Below, one piece after another: positions 49,799-62,960 of a stretch of DNA of 64,000 nt (positions are counted from its first letter, which is position 1; each line of letters opens with the position of its first letter). The position numbers and the translations under genes were made by a program. The DNA comes from Octopus vulgaris (Eukaryota). The notes under the pieces are model-generated. The model did not search any database and was not told the origin of the DNA. It saw only the letters and a list, made by a program, of their open reading frames with translations. The stretch is taken from assembly GCA_951406725.2 (NCBI GenBank), contig OX597821.1:42594001-42658000 (forward strand), read 5' to 3'.

Positions 49799-52080
49799 AA
49801 CACTATGAATCAATGAAAATCTTCAATTTGTAATTGAAAGTAATAAACGCCACCACACATTTCAGTACAATAATTAATGACAATATTAAAAAAAAAAAAT
49901 CAAGAATAAGAGAGTAAGGCGTTTCTTTGATATTACTCCGCATCACATTAATAACAAAGAAGGGCTGAAAAAGTACTGTTAGTTTTGGCAGACACTAAAT
50001 GACTTTCTCTTAATACTTTTTTCCTTGGAATTCTGAAAAAGAATGTTTTTTTTTCTTTACTTTCGTTCGTTTTCTTTTTTAAATTATCTCCCCTTGTTAG
50101 AGATGGCATGCTTTTGTGAGATCGTAGTTTTGAACTTACCGAAATGATGAATATATTACTTATATGCTATAGTGAATTTACTTAAATGTTCTGCCAGTCG
50201 TGCTTTAGCTTCTTCTCAGCTTTCACATTAACACTGTTGCCGTAAGATATGATTTCCTGTTGTGTGTTTGTAGACTGAACGTCAGCTGTATCGTACCTCA
50301 TTCTTACCTTGTCATTTTTCCAAGACGTTCAGAATCGTCACACTGCTATATAAATTTGCCTTTAATGAGTTGAAATTGGTTGACTAGACGCTAGCATACT
50401 TGATGCAATAAGCCTAAAATTTCAAGTAGTTTAGATTAATTATATATGTAATAATGTAGGGGAGTGATTTCGATCGTTAGCAATAAGATTTATAGATATT
50501 GATGATAACGATGAGCATATTTTCCCCTTATTGGAGCTGACCTCTTCAGCAAAGACCAGTCTGAACGATCTTCGGTGACTAGAGAAGATTGTTCCCTCAA
50601 TAAGGGTGTACTATTTGCATTATACAAACACATACATATGTATGTCTGAAACCCTTGGCCCTAGAATTACTCTTTGTACAAAATCTCAGCCCTTGAGTTA
50701 TTCTGTTGCACGGAACCCTCGACCCTTGAGCCACTCGGTTGCTTCTGCTAAATATTAATAAAAATATATGCATATACTCATGTTTTGAGTTCTCTTTTTC
50801 CTGTTTTCATCACCAAACCTACAAATAATTAGTACTTTAGAAAATTATTGTTCTCATCAATAAATGTGTGATTTTAACCAAATAAAAAATTTTTGGCTCA
50901 TTCATGTCGGTGTCCACTTTGCTATTAAGTTTCCATGCAGCCTGCATTCCTGAGTACTTTTCCTCTTGTTATTCTTTTAATATATATGTATTCATTTATT
51001 TGTTTGTTTAACATGTTTTTCCATGCTAGCATTTATGTATGTGTGTGCATGTTTTTGTATTTTTATGTATACACACACACACACACACTTTTCTATGCCT
51101 TCAGATATCTCTGTCTTTGATACTCCATCTACAAAGTTCAAGGATTTATAAACACTGGAGGTGGGGCAGTTATTGTAAAAAGAAGAGTTCTAACTACAAA
51201 ATTCTTACATTTTCTCAATTTCCTGTAACTCAGACCACCTTATGGTCCCAGCAGACAGAATGCAAAAGGCATTGCCCTGGACGGTGGCAAGAGAAATGCA
51301 CTGAAACAACCACTCTGACTCAAGGGGCTCGCACTTGTGGATAACCATTTCTATCCTAATAGCATTGAGCAGGGATATCTGCATCTGCTATCATTTTCAA
51401 CATCCTGTCTTGACTGATTCGCTACAGACATCCTTATGTATCACCACATCTCCCTCTTTGCTGCTTCTACACCTTGCGCATTATCTCACTACTTTCTGAT
51501 CTATCCTCCTTACTGGGTCACTGCTATCTCTCTCACTCCTTTTCAATATATATAACCATCTGTTACTTTCCCCTTACACACTTGTGAAACTGTCCTGCCC
51601 ACCCACCCACTTATCCACCAAATGTATCCTGCTAACCTTTTTGGCACATTGTTATAACCATCTTTATCTTCTTCAAGCTAATACTACTCACCTTTATATA
51701 TTGTTGGGTAGCCATGTATCTCCTCTATAGTAAGACACCTGTACTTGTCCAGCTATCATACTTCAGTCTTTCAACACCCGACAGAAAACCACCTCCACTT
51801 CCTGAATACCCCACCACCACACTTAGTCATAAATAATTTTTTTCTTTTTCCATTCAATTTTTGTCTTACAACTTACTTGGTGAGCTCACTAATGTTAGTG
51901 ACATGAAAAAAGGTACCCAGTACACATTGTATTGTAAGGTAGTTGGTGTTGGGAACAGTATCCAATCACAGAAAACATGCCACAGTTAACACTGGAGCTT
52001 TGTACAGCCCTGCAATTTGCTGGATCCTATCAAACCATCCAGTCCATGCACGGAAATTGGACATTAAATGATAATGATCT

Positions 52081-52404
52081 AAAGACTCCGCCGGTTACGA
52101 CGACGAGGGTCCCAGCTGATACGATCAACAGAACAGCTTGCTCGTGAAATTAATGTGCAAATGGCTGAGCATTCCACAGACACGTGTACCCTTAACGTAG
52201 CTCTCGGGGATAATCAGCGTGACACAGAGAGTGACAAGGCTGACCCTTTGAAATACAAGTACAACTCATTTTTGCCAGCTGAGTGGACTGGAGCAATGTG
52301 AAATAAAGTGTCTTGCTCAAGGACACAACGCGTCGCCGGGAATCGAACTCACAACCTTACGATCATGAGCCAAATGCCCTAACCACTAAGCCACGCGCCC
52401 TCAC
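52081..52404 (-). mobile_element. tRNA-derived SINE family D with 14-bp TSD
   Basis: Minus head GGCGCGTGGCTTAGTGGTTAGGGC..GAGTTCGATTCCCGG (A/B boxes), core GTGTCCTTGAGCAAGACACTT; TAAATGATAATGAT at 52065-52078 and 52405-52418. Confidence 0.88.
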
Positions 52405-53425
52405 TAAATGATAATGATATACATCATATGAATGTTGAATTGTGTTGAACAAATGAGAGAACACTGCTCAATACATACATTGAAAGTATATGGTTTACTG
52501 AAACTGAATTTTTATCTTGCAACTCAAGTTTCATACCTCTGTAGTCTTCAGGTGTTCTCATCTGATATGTGTATATGTAGCTTTGTTCTTTATAAAGTTG
52601 TTATTGGCATTTAGCTCCAGATCAACCTTCATTAAGCAAACAGATCAAAAGCATTTAAACCATCACCAAAAATAACTTTTTTTTTAAGCTAGTAGGGTAC
52701 AATTTGAAGGAATTTGTCTGTTATTTTTAATGTGTCATATGACCACATAGAGGCTCTATCTTTGTGTATTGAATATTATGATTACTTTGGTGTAGTGTTT
52801 CAGGACCCCAGCTTTTGAAGTGTCATTATTTACATCAGAACATTTATACATGTGATCCTCACAATTTGACGGGTAACATTGGCTTGTTTCTGTCAAATAA
52901 ATGTTGTTACATTACTCTTTCGGCTAAGTGAATATTTTTATACTTGGGGTACTCAGGCTTCAAAAATATTTATAGTTGTCCAATACACCATCATATTTGC
53001 TCTCTGGTTGACTTGACGGAATTTTAACTGCTGAAAATAAACCTGTACAATGGAAGGTTGAAATTATGTGTGAAACACACTAACTGTCTTCTTAAATTGC
53101 TCTAATACATTTAGTGTAGAAGACACCCATTACATATACTTATTGATGAAACCTCAGTTCCTCTAAATCAGTGCTTCTAAACCTAGGTATTAACAACCCC
53201 TTAGGGGTTTTGTTTGCTCGCAAGGGATAGAAAAATGTTAAGGGGTGATGTGATAGCCCTGGGAGTTCAGAGAGGTCATTCCTTAAATCAGGTATGATGC
53301 TCATATTTTAATATATTTTTACCACAAAAATCTTTCTCAAGATTCAGACATTATTATCTCTGAAAAGAAATATGATGGATGATATAGTAAGATCCATTAT
53401 AATTCTATTGTTATATAATAATAAT

Positions 53426-53627
53426 GTGGCGAGCTGGCAGAAACGTTAGCACACTGGGCGAAATGCTTAACAGTATTTTGTCTGCCTTTACGTTCTGAGT
53501 TCAAATTCCACCGAGGTCAACTTTGCCTTTCATCCTTTCATCTCCAGTTGCATACTGGGGTCAATCTAATCAAGTGGCCCCCAACCCATAAATTTCGGGC
53601 CTTGTGCCTAGAGTAGAAAAGATTATT
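53426..53627 (+). mobile_element. SINE family B variant
   Basis: GGCGAGCTGGCAGAAACGTTAGCAC..GAGTTCAAATTCC..GGCCTTGTGCCTAGAGTAGAAAAGATTATT. Confidence 0.8.
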
Positions 53628-54688
53628 ACATAATAATTTCTGTAAAAAATTTAACATGAAGATACCAGCCACTGAAATATCTAAAAACAGAAGCACATGC
53701 TGGATGGGAGAGTATAAAAACATGGTTAATAAACCACTGCACAAAATTAGCTTATGTTTGATTAAAATATTACACTTTTTTCTCTGCAAAATATCGAAAG
53801 AAGTTGTTTATAAAACATTGTTTGGTGAAAGTAGTCATTGAACTAAAAAGGGTTGGGAATTACTGCTCAAAAAAAATCTTGAAATCTCCATCTGTATCAT
53901 TCTCTCTGGTATTAAGCTGTTGCTATGTTGCTATAGCATTCTTAAATATTTAGACATCAACAAAATACTGTAGCCCCTTCTCATCTTCTGTTCTTGGAAA
54001 GCATAAGTGCTGGATGTCTGGTGTATAGTATGAGTTTTTATTTCTTCAGTTGGCTTCTAATGTTGTGTGGTTTATTGTGTCTAAATCTGATATGTTCCAC
54101 TCCAGTGCAACTCATTAATTACATCAATCAGTCGTCTGTCAAGTTCAAATTTTACTGATGTCAGTACTAGACATATACTGGGAACATTTCAGTTAACTAT
54201 ATTGTTTTTTGGGGGTTTTTTTCTATAAATAGTGGCCAGTGTGAAAAATTATAATTATTGTCATTAAAGTGCGAGAAATGTAGCACAGTGGACAAAATTC
54301 TATATGTTCTGAGTTCAAATTACGCTGCGGTCAACTTTGCCTTTTCTCATTTTGGGCTTGATAAAATAAGTACCAGTCAAGCACTGGGGTTCATGTAATC
54401 AAGTTGCCCCTCCCCTCAAAATTGCTGGCCTTAAACTAAAATTAGAAAGAATTATAATTGTTGGTGGTGAATTGGTTGAATAATTAGAGTATCAGGCAAA
54501 AACCTTGCTGTATTGTTCTGGCTCTTTACATTCTAAGTTCAAATCTGGCTGAGGTCAACTTTGCCTTTCAGGAATATATTTATTTGACTAACCACTGACC
54601 TCTCTTCTAAAATTTGAGATCTTGTGCCTATTTTAGAAACAATTATTATTACTATTTTTATTATTATTAAGCTTTTTCTTTGTTCTAG

Positions 54689-54770
54689 GTATTGGGAAGC
54701 TATCAAAATATGGAGCGAAGCTATCCAGCTGACACCCTATGATGCTAGACTTCATGAAATGAAAGCACAG
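54689..54770 (+). CDS. TTC33: TTC33 coding exon 2
   Basis: YWEAIKIWSEAIQLTPYDARLHEMKAQ (TPR helix); ttctag acceptor, gtagtc donor. Confidence 0.93.
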
Positions 54771-54824
54771 GTAGTCTCAACTCTCATATGCATCCAAACA
54801 CACACCATCCAATATATATGTACT

Positions 54825-55070
54825 TGGAGACATGTGGCTTTGTGGTTAGGGTGATGGACTCATGATTGTAAGATTGTGATTTCTATTCCTGAACCTGCCA
54901 ACATGTTGTGTTCTTGAGCAAAACACTTCACTTCATGTTGCTCCAGTCTACTCAGCTGCAAAAATGAATAATCCTGCGATGGACTGGTGTCCCATCCAGT
55001 GGGGTATATATGCACTACCGAAACTGGGAGACTGGCTCTGTGAATCTATATGATTTGGGAAAGATCTTTG
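54825..55070 (+). mobile_element. Decayed SINE related to family D
   Basis: CATGTGGCTTTGTGGTTAGGG..GTGTTCTTGAGCAAAACACTT..GCTCCAGTCTACTCAGCTG. Confidence 0.7.
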
Positions 55071-55087
55071 TCCTTTATATATATATA

Positions 55088-55680
55088 TTGGGTCATCCCA
55101 TTAATAATATAGTTTTTTAATATTTTTATTTTTTAAAATTAAGATAAAGTTCTTTTTTAATCTAAAGTATACTCTCCTACATTTTCTACAATGCTCTTCC
55201 ATCTATCTGGTAGACTTGCAAGGCTCCTCTTCCAAAATTTACTTGTCCATGACAAAAAATACTCCTCCACTACTGTTCTAACCTCATCTACAGAATTCAT
55301 TTTTTTTTCATCCAAATGGTTTTGAAGCCTACAGAATAAATGATAATCAGATGGGGCAAAGTCCAGCAAATATGGTGGGTGGGGTATTGTTTCCCATTCA
55401 AACTGCTCCAGTCTTTGGAATGTCAACCTCTTTGTGTGTGGCCAAGCATTATCCTGATGGAAGAACACCTTTCATCTTGAAACCAAAGATGGTCATTTTT
55501 CTTCTAGCACTGACTTAAGCTGCTCAAGCTGCTCACAGTAGATCTTCTTTGTCTTCACTTGGTTCAGGTTTAAAAGTTCAAAGTGGACTAAACCTTTCAT
55601 TCTCCACCAAACAGATAAAGGAGCTAGCTTTGAAAAAAATAACTGTTAAAAATCGGACTGCACTCTTCAAAATTTGCACT
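55088..55680 (-). mobile_element. Mariner transposon 3' remnant
   Basis: FHQDNAWPH..PHPPYLLDFAPSDYHLF..LPDRWKSIVENVGEY (mariner DD34D C-terminal half); TIR-like TTGGGTCATCCCA next to a (TA)n run. Confidence 0.88.
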
Positions 55681-57193
55681 AAGAATATATATATAAATGT
55701 ATGTATGTGTGTGCATGTGTCTGTGTATATACACATACAGTAACATTAATATTTCTCATGCTTCATATGGTCATGGATCATTGTATACTCTCTCTAGCAT
55801 ACATAATAAATACATAATTAAACATATTGTTAGATTATAATGGTGTCAGCATTTTATTGCCTAACTATTGAGGAGTACCAAATCCACAGATCTTAAGTTC
55901 AACCACATAATTAACCAGTGCATCATCTTGCAGTGTAAGACTGCTGCTTCCTTATCTTTTTATTGATGAAAATAGGAGAAGAGAACCAATAATAAGCCAC
56001 CTGACCCAAAGAGTTATGCAAATGATTGAAATTGTGGAATCATGAAGCCCTTTGTAGCAGGTGGATGATTGTTCTCAGGAATAGAAAATGTTTATGTTGG
56101 AGGTTAACTGCCCGACTGAAATGATGTAGAAACAAGATGGCTGTGTGGGTATGATATTGAACTACCTGCTTGTTGTTCATCAGTTCGAATCCAATGTCCC
56201 AAATCTTTCGACTGAATACTTTATTCTATATAACCACAGTTCACTTAACTTTGGGAATATCCCAGAATGGAATTTATTTCTCATTTACATAATTCCATGA
56301 AGATGGCACCAAACACTGACAGTTAAAAGCTCATCAGAGCTTAAATGAAGTTTTATGATATAACAGTGTATGATGTCTGAGTGGACCAAAGAGTGAACAA
56401 GCTACCATGGTGTATCTTACTTCCATTAGATTGCGTCTGTCAAGAATTAAGTCCACTTGAGTTCTTCATGGATACTAGGGAATCATAGTTATTTCACTGG
56501 TATGTGATTTGTTAGGTTTCAGTGTTGAATGTATTAACAGTACATTATTGTTTTACCCAGGGGAAGATTTATCTCTCCTCTGATTATTACTACATAAATC
56601 TGATTCTAAGGGTCCATGTGATCTGGAAATGAATTCAAAATTTGGGAAAAATTAAATAATAAAACAGCAAAGGTTTTGACAAGCAATTTCGCTGAATAGA
56701 GGACATCTGTGTGGCAGATCAACGTGAACCAACTTAAAAAGACAAAGCTTAAAATGCTGTAATGTGTATGAGAATTGCAGGATTGAGACATGGTGTGATA
56801 CTGTATTGCAAATCTATTTCTTGCAAAAGCCAAACAGTAAACCAATGATGATGGTGATTATGGCTGTGTTTGTAGTAAGGATGAAGTGGAAAAAAGGCAA
56901 GGATCCCCCCCTCTCTCTCTCTCAAAGAGATCTGTCCTCATTTGCTTGTGAATGTTTTTGCACTCAGCTATGGGTTAACAACATTAAAGAAATATAGAGT
57001 ATAAACACTAAACAATGTACATTCAAAGAAAAACTGTAGGGGGTCTGAACACAGAATCTTCTATAGTGGAAACTTAAACAACAAATGCATGTGCCTAACA
57101 TACTTTGCATTCTAACATGGTGTGAAGAAGCAAGAGGAAGTAAAGGATCTAGTCTTGATTATTCAGAACATAACCGTATTTTCTTTCTTGCAG

Positions 57194-57325
57194 GCATTGT
57201 TAATATTACATGAAGTTTTTCCTGCTGTTCAATTTGCAGAGAAGGCCACACGTTTACAACCAAACTGGTGGTCAGCCTTTCAGACCCTTGGCCGAGCTCT
57301 GCTAGGTCTTGGAGAAGTTCATTTA
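57194..57325 (+). CDS. TTC33: TTC33 coding exon 3
   Basis: ALLILHEVFPAVQFAEKATRLQPNWWSAFQTLGRALLGLGEVHL; ttgcag acceptor, gtaagt donor. Confidence 0.95.
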
Positions 57326-57509
57326 GTAAGTATTAATAGTTCTTTCAATTCTTTAAGACATCATGGCTTCTACCAAACTGGAACAACAAGCAATATTTTT
57401 GCTATATTCTTGACTATATTTCTAACATAACTCATTACTACATTAGAAAAGACTGATCTTATCTTTTGCTGCACTTCATTTTAATCAATATATTATTTAT
57501 TTATCGTCA

Positions 57510-57792
57510 AGTATCTATAGTTACCATACAATTTCTATATCTCCAGCTGTTATATCTTACCATATCTAGATCTTAGTTACCACACCATTTCTACATCTAC
57601 AGTTGCTATACCCTATCTGCATCTAAAGTTACCATACCATATCTATTGAAATCATACTATATCCAGATCTAGATCTTAATTACCATACTATATCTAGATC
57701 TATGATTACCATTATATATTTCTATCTATTGTTACCATAGCACATATATAGATCTATAGTTGCCATACCGTATCTATATCTATAGTTACCTA
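57510..57792. repeat. Degenerate ~28-bp minisatellite (ATCTATAGTTACCATACCATATCTAT)
   Basis: TTACCATA-like core recurs about 10 times. Confidence 0.8.
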
Positions 57793-59972
57793 GATTTTGA
57801 CTCTTAGACTCATTGAATGTCTAAGACAAATTATTACTAAAATGGTAGAGATTCATACAACTATTAACCTCTTAGTTTGTATTTCTATCTAAACTTAGGG
57901 CTGCATGTTTTCCACTTCTTTTAGAATCAGTTGAAAAACTGAGAAAATGTTCTCAGTGTAGGATATTAATCTAGAACCAAACTATCAGCATGGCTAAGCT
58001 AGAATATTGATCAGTAACAGTGAATGTAAAAGTTGGAAAGTGTTTTTGCTCAGTATGTTGGATGGGTGGAGATAGGTACTCAATACTTGTACTGAGTGTA
58101 AGTCGGTGGTACACCAAAAATGCATCAGGATCTCAAAGTCAATTGTCTGCAGATACTGCAGAGCAGTAAGAACATTTGTGATAACACCAAAACTCATGGC
58201 TCACTGTTGATCAGTTCTTTTATTTAGGTGCTTTAAACTGTGGTGAAAGGATGGAAGAGAAGTTCGAAGAGCTATTATCTTTAGCAAACAAGGATTTGTC
58301 TTATCTGAAAGAACAATATATATGGGTGATTGGTTGATTGGAAATTATGAATGAGGGGTGTATGGATGATCTATAGCAATTGAAGAAAATTAATTTTAAA
58401 ACAGTTGAATTTGCTGAGAACAAATATGTTAAGAAAATAACTGGGGAACAAGGAAATTGGCAAATGTATGCAGGAGAGAGAGAGAGCAGCAGTGCTTATA
58501 TTATGTAAATAGAGGGTACATGTTAGCAACAAAATTTATCTTAAGGCCTCCTCCTCCAATGGCCCTGCCTCCTCACAAAGGATTTTTGTCCTGCAAGTTA
58601 CTTGGTGATTCTGCCAGTAGTTGTGCCATCAAGTTCATACTGTAACTTGGCTGGCATCTGGAAGGGCATCCAGCTGTAAAAGCCATGTTAAAACAGACTT
58701 CACTGGTGCCAGTTCATTCTGTGGGGTGGTTGGTGTTAGGAAGGGCATCTGGACATAAAAGCCATGCCAAAACAGTGAAGCCTGGTGTAGTCTTCTGCCT
58801 AGCCAGCTTCTGTCAAACCATCCAACTCATGCCAGCATGGAAAACAGATGTTAAATGATGATGAGGATGACGGGGAGGAGGGTACTGATGGATGCAGACA
58901 TAGGATTTTAGAAGAGGTGAGGTCACATTTGAAGATGTAAGGTATCAGAAGTTAAAATAATACAACCCATGAGGAATAAAAATGTCACATATTACAGATT
59001 TATGCAGCCCTTATGAACATGAAAAATTGTTGTTATAATATCAATAACGAAGAGGAGAAATATAACAACAATGATATAACTGCTGCTGTTTTTTCTGTTT
59101 CACATTTACTTCATTATCTATATATAAGTAAATGTTATTATTATTCAGAACAAAGTGAATTCAAACAATAGTGTATCTATTCATTCTTGTCCAAACATAA
59201 ATATGTTGATCACTGTTTTCTGTCATCAGAGAGCACCTCCTCCCTTTAGACAATGCGTGTTCATAACACATATGATTCATTGAAGTAAAGACATTTTGAA
59301 ACAGTGTGGTGTTTCAACTTTGTTGTGTGTTTCCTCGATCTAGCAAGAGTGTGACCTCTTGTTTATACGAATCAGCCAGTGGAGTAGATGTTATTGAGGA
59401 GACATACAAAGGGGTCAAAACACCATGGTGTCTCAAAGTCTCCTTACATTAGTAAATTGCATGTATTGTGAACACACATCATCTAAAAAAAGGAGGAGGT
59501 ATCTCTTATGATGAAAACCATCAGCAATGAGATATTCATATTTTAATCAGATTTTATTAAGAATGAAGTGATTTATTATTGATTGTCATGATTCTTATTA
59601 AATGATCTTTAAGTTTACTCTTACATAGGTGATCTGGTAGATATGTATATTTATGCCTACTTCTTATTGCATTCATTAGCGGGTGTTGACAGGATCTGTG
59701 ACATGAACATGCCTTTCTTGACACCTGTGTCAACTTGAAATTGTAGATATTTGGTCAGATACAATTATGATAAGAGGGTAGGAATTAAATTAAAATGATT
59801 AATTTTGATTTAAATTATATGTTCTTATGTACCAGACATTGACTCAGTGAGGTCTGAAAATGATTTGCTTTACTTATGAAAGGAAATAGGATTAAGTTAC
59901 AAGATCAAGATGTTCCAATGAAGACTCATCCAGCTGCTGGTGGTGGTGGTGGTGGTGACATGAAATGACTAC

Positions 59973-60161
59973 ACCTAGGAATTGAAAGCAATGCACAAAA
60001 TTCAACATGATGGTAGTTTACTGTCTGTTGTATAATTATTAATGTCTTTAGGTTGTTCATAAGAGACCCTGGGAATTGAAACCAAGACACAAACTCAGTG
60101 TTGTGTCATTTTACTGTCTGTTGTACAACTATTAATATCTTAGTTTGTTCAGAAGAAACCC
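59973..60161. repeat. Diverged 94-bp tandem duplication
   Basis: CCT(A/G)GGAATTGAAA..TTTACTGTCTGTTGTA.AA.TATTAAT.TCTT starts at 59974 and 60068. Confidence 0.8.
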
Positions 60162-60260
60162 TTAAGCATTTACTTTTGTTTGCCTATCTCAAGTTAAACC
60201 TGCTCTTCTGATCTCAGATTTAATTTGATAGCTAACCAGGTAAATCTATAACGGTTGCAG

Positions 60261-60668
60261 GCTGTACGAGCTTTCAGCAAGGCCGTTCATCTCAATCCCT
60301 GTGTTCAAGAACTGTGGGAAGATGACCTTAAATGGGCCTGCACTCTGCTGGATCAAAAGGAACACATTACGACAGAACTTGAAAAAAACACAAATACCAA
60401 TTCAAACGTCCGAGAGATCTTAAGTGAAGAAGATGATGATGATGAGGATGATAACAATACCATTAAGGATATTAATGACATTAACTCAAAACCTATAAAG
60501 AGTGTGCAGATTTCAGCAATGTCATTAGCAGAAGTGAAAAAATTGAAAAACAGTTCTTCAGGTAGCAGTACTACTACTACTATTACTACAACTACTACTG
60601 CTACTACTACTACTACTACTAAAAAGACTATAATTACCCTGCCATCTAATTATGTGATGATGCGATAA
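60261..60668 (+). CDS. TTC33: TTC33 last coding exon
   Basis: AVRAFSKAVHLNPCVQELWEDDLKWACTL.. then acidic and poly-Thr tracts, ending LPSNYVMMR*; joined CDS is 834 nt = 277 aa + stop. Confidence 0.92.
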   Translation, partial: AVRAFSKAVHLNPCVQELWEDDLKWACTLLDQKEHITTELEKNTNTNSNVREILSEEDDDDEDDNNTIKDINDINSKPIKSVQISAMSLAEVKKLKNSSSGSSTTTTITTTTTATTTTTTKKTIITLPSNYVMMR

Positions 60669-61829
60669 TTATCTTAATACATTACATCCTTGGCCACACT
60701 TGTAAATAATGCTCCTGAAATAAACCTACTTTCTTATAATTACATGTTTGTTTGTTTTTTTTATTACAGTAGTTGTGATGTAAGAGATCTTTATTTCTGA
60801 TTAATGTTGTTGTTGTGTAGTCATGGCGAGTCCTGCATAGGTAGATCTATAGCATATAGGTTGGTAGTAAAATTTGGAGTTAGCATCATTTCAAGTTTTC
60901 TACCTAGGTTTCGGGCTGAGGTTAACTTTCTCCCTTTTGTCTTAGGAGGCCTGAAAAATGTCATTAGATACTGCTTTTCTTCCTTTAACTAAGTTCTTTG
61001 CTATTTTTTAATCTATGGACTCCTTTGATTACTGTTTTATTCTGATAGACACAACATCTCCATTCAATGTTTCGCTTTATAGATACCTCTTTCAAAATTC
61101 TTATTTTGTTTTTCAGATATTAACTTGTGTTGTTTGAAGTATGTAAAACGTTTGAGAAATAAGCATTGATGTTTCTTGCAATAAATACATCTAAATCAAA
61201 CCTTTTTTATGGGCTCTTAAAATACTACTACAGATTCCTGATTTACATTTTTTTTTCTTGCATGGACCCCTGATATGGACTCTAGTTGAGAATAAAATGT
61301 CTGAATATGACTATATATATAATATATCTCACTGGATATTCCACATGTTCATCTAGTTGTCAGCCACACACTGTATACTCTGAACTGTAGTAGTTTTTTA
61401 TGTAGGATACAATGTAGTAGTTTAAATATGTTACATGTCCTGAGTGTGTATTTAAGTATGTCTTTTGAGCCTGGGAGAAGGTGGAGGAGGATTGATAAAA
61501 TAGGTATCAAATTATTGATAAAAAAATATCTCCTCTACAATGTATGACCCTAGATGTTGACAACATTTTGGTTGCCACTAATCAAACAAAACTCCACCAG
61601 TTAAATCAAACAAACCAAACAATGAAATAACACCTACATTGCACCCCTGACTTTTAGAAACATTCTTTCATGCTCAGAATTGTCAAATAAACTACATGTG
61701 ACTTTTGTTAGCTGTCAGGACACTGCATTCTTAAAAAATTCCATGCTTTCTGGAATTTACCAACACCGCTCTCGACATACCTATACACAAGGTATTTTTT
61801 CTGATAGTCTGACAATCTCCACCACTCAA

Positions 61830-62960
61830 TGATAATCCTTTTTACTATAAGCACAAGGCCTGAAATTTTGGGGTTGGAGGTAAGTCGATTACGTCGACCT
61901 CAGTGTTACGTTGGTACTTAATTTATCAACCCCGAAAGGATGAAAGGCTGCCCCCGCAGCATTTGAACTCAGAACGTGAAGACAGACGAAATACCACTAA
62001 GCATTTCAGCTGGCGTGCTAATGATTTTGCCAGCTTGCCACCTTACTCCACCACGCAATAATAATAATTATTTCAAATTTTTTCCACAAGGGCAGCATGT
62101 AGGAGGTGAGAACGAATCGACTATATCGATCCCAATGTTCAACTGGTACTTATTTTATCAACCCCAAAAGAATGAAAGGCAAAGTTGACCTTGGCTAAAT
62201 TTGAACTCAGAATATAGTGACAGGCGAAATACTGCTAAACATTTCGTCCACCATGCTAACAATTCTGTCAGCTCACCACCTTAATAATAATGGTTTCAAA
62301 TTTTTCCGCAAGGGCAGAAATTTTGGGGGAGAAGATGAGTCCATTACATCGACCCTATGTTCAACTGGTACTTATTGTTATCAACCCCGAAAGGATGAAA
62401 GACAAAGTTGACCTCAGAGCATAAAGACAGATGAAATGCTAAGCATTTTGCCTGGCATGCTAATGATTCTACCAGTTCGATATAATGATAATAATCTTTT
62501 CTAATTTAAGCACAAGGCCAAAGGTTTTGAGGGGAGGAGGAGGTCAATTACATCAACCTGTTTTTGACTGGTACTTTACTTTATTGACTCCGAAGCAATG
62601 AAAGGTGAGGTTGACCTTGGTAGAACTTGAACTCAGGATGTAAAGACTGATGAAATGTGGCTAAGCATTTTTATCCAGCAAGCTAATGATTCTGCTGGCT
62701 CAAAGTCTACTTAATAATAATGGTTTCAAATTTTAGCAAAAGAGCAGCAATTTTAGGGGTTAGAGGTACTTATTTTGTTGAGCCTGAAAGGATGAAAGGC
62801 AAAGTCAACGTTAGTGGTATTTGAACCCAGAATACAATAGTTTCTCACATTGCTTCAAAGCTGCAGCGTTGTAAGGAAGAGCTAATCATTTCAACTCAAG
62901 TGAAGTACATGACTTATACTTATTTTATCACTTGTGAAGGGGTTAAAGGCAAAGTAAATT
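61830..62960 (-). mobile_element. Head-to-tail array of about 6 family B SINE units
   Basis: GGTACTTATTTTAT..CCCGAAAGGATGAAAGGCAAAGT core recurs near 61915, 62145, 62367, 62570, 62765 and 62915, separated by (AAT)n spacers. Confidence 0.85.

Noticed and set aside
51275-51315. CCCTGGACGGTG..CACTGAAAC as a second hammerhead
   Set aside because: The core is not CUGANGA/CGAAA and no stem I/III can be built; at most a dead PLE remnant
52330-52404. tRNA gene on the minus strand (CAT anticodon-like loop)
   Set aside because: No acceptor-stem pairing; it continues into a SINE core and is bounded by a TSD, so it is a SINE head
60231-60260. U12-type or alternative acceptor at the TTC33 last exon (weak pyrimidine tract, upstream CAG|GT)
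   Set aside because: The donor is GTAAGT rather than GTATCCTT; the upstream AG gives an immediate stop (VNL*), whereas 60261 restores the TPR frame
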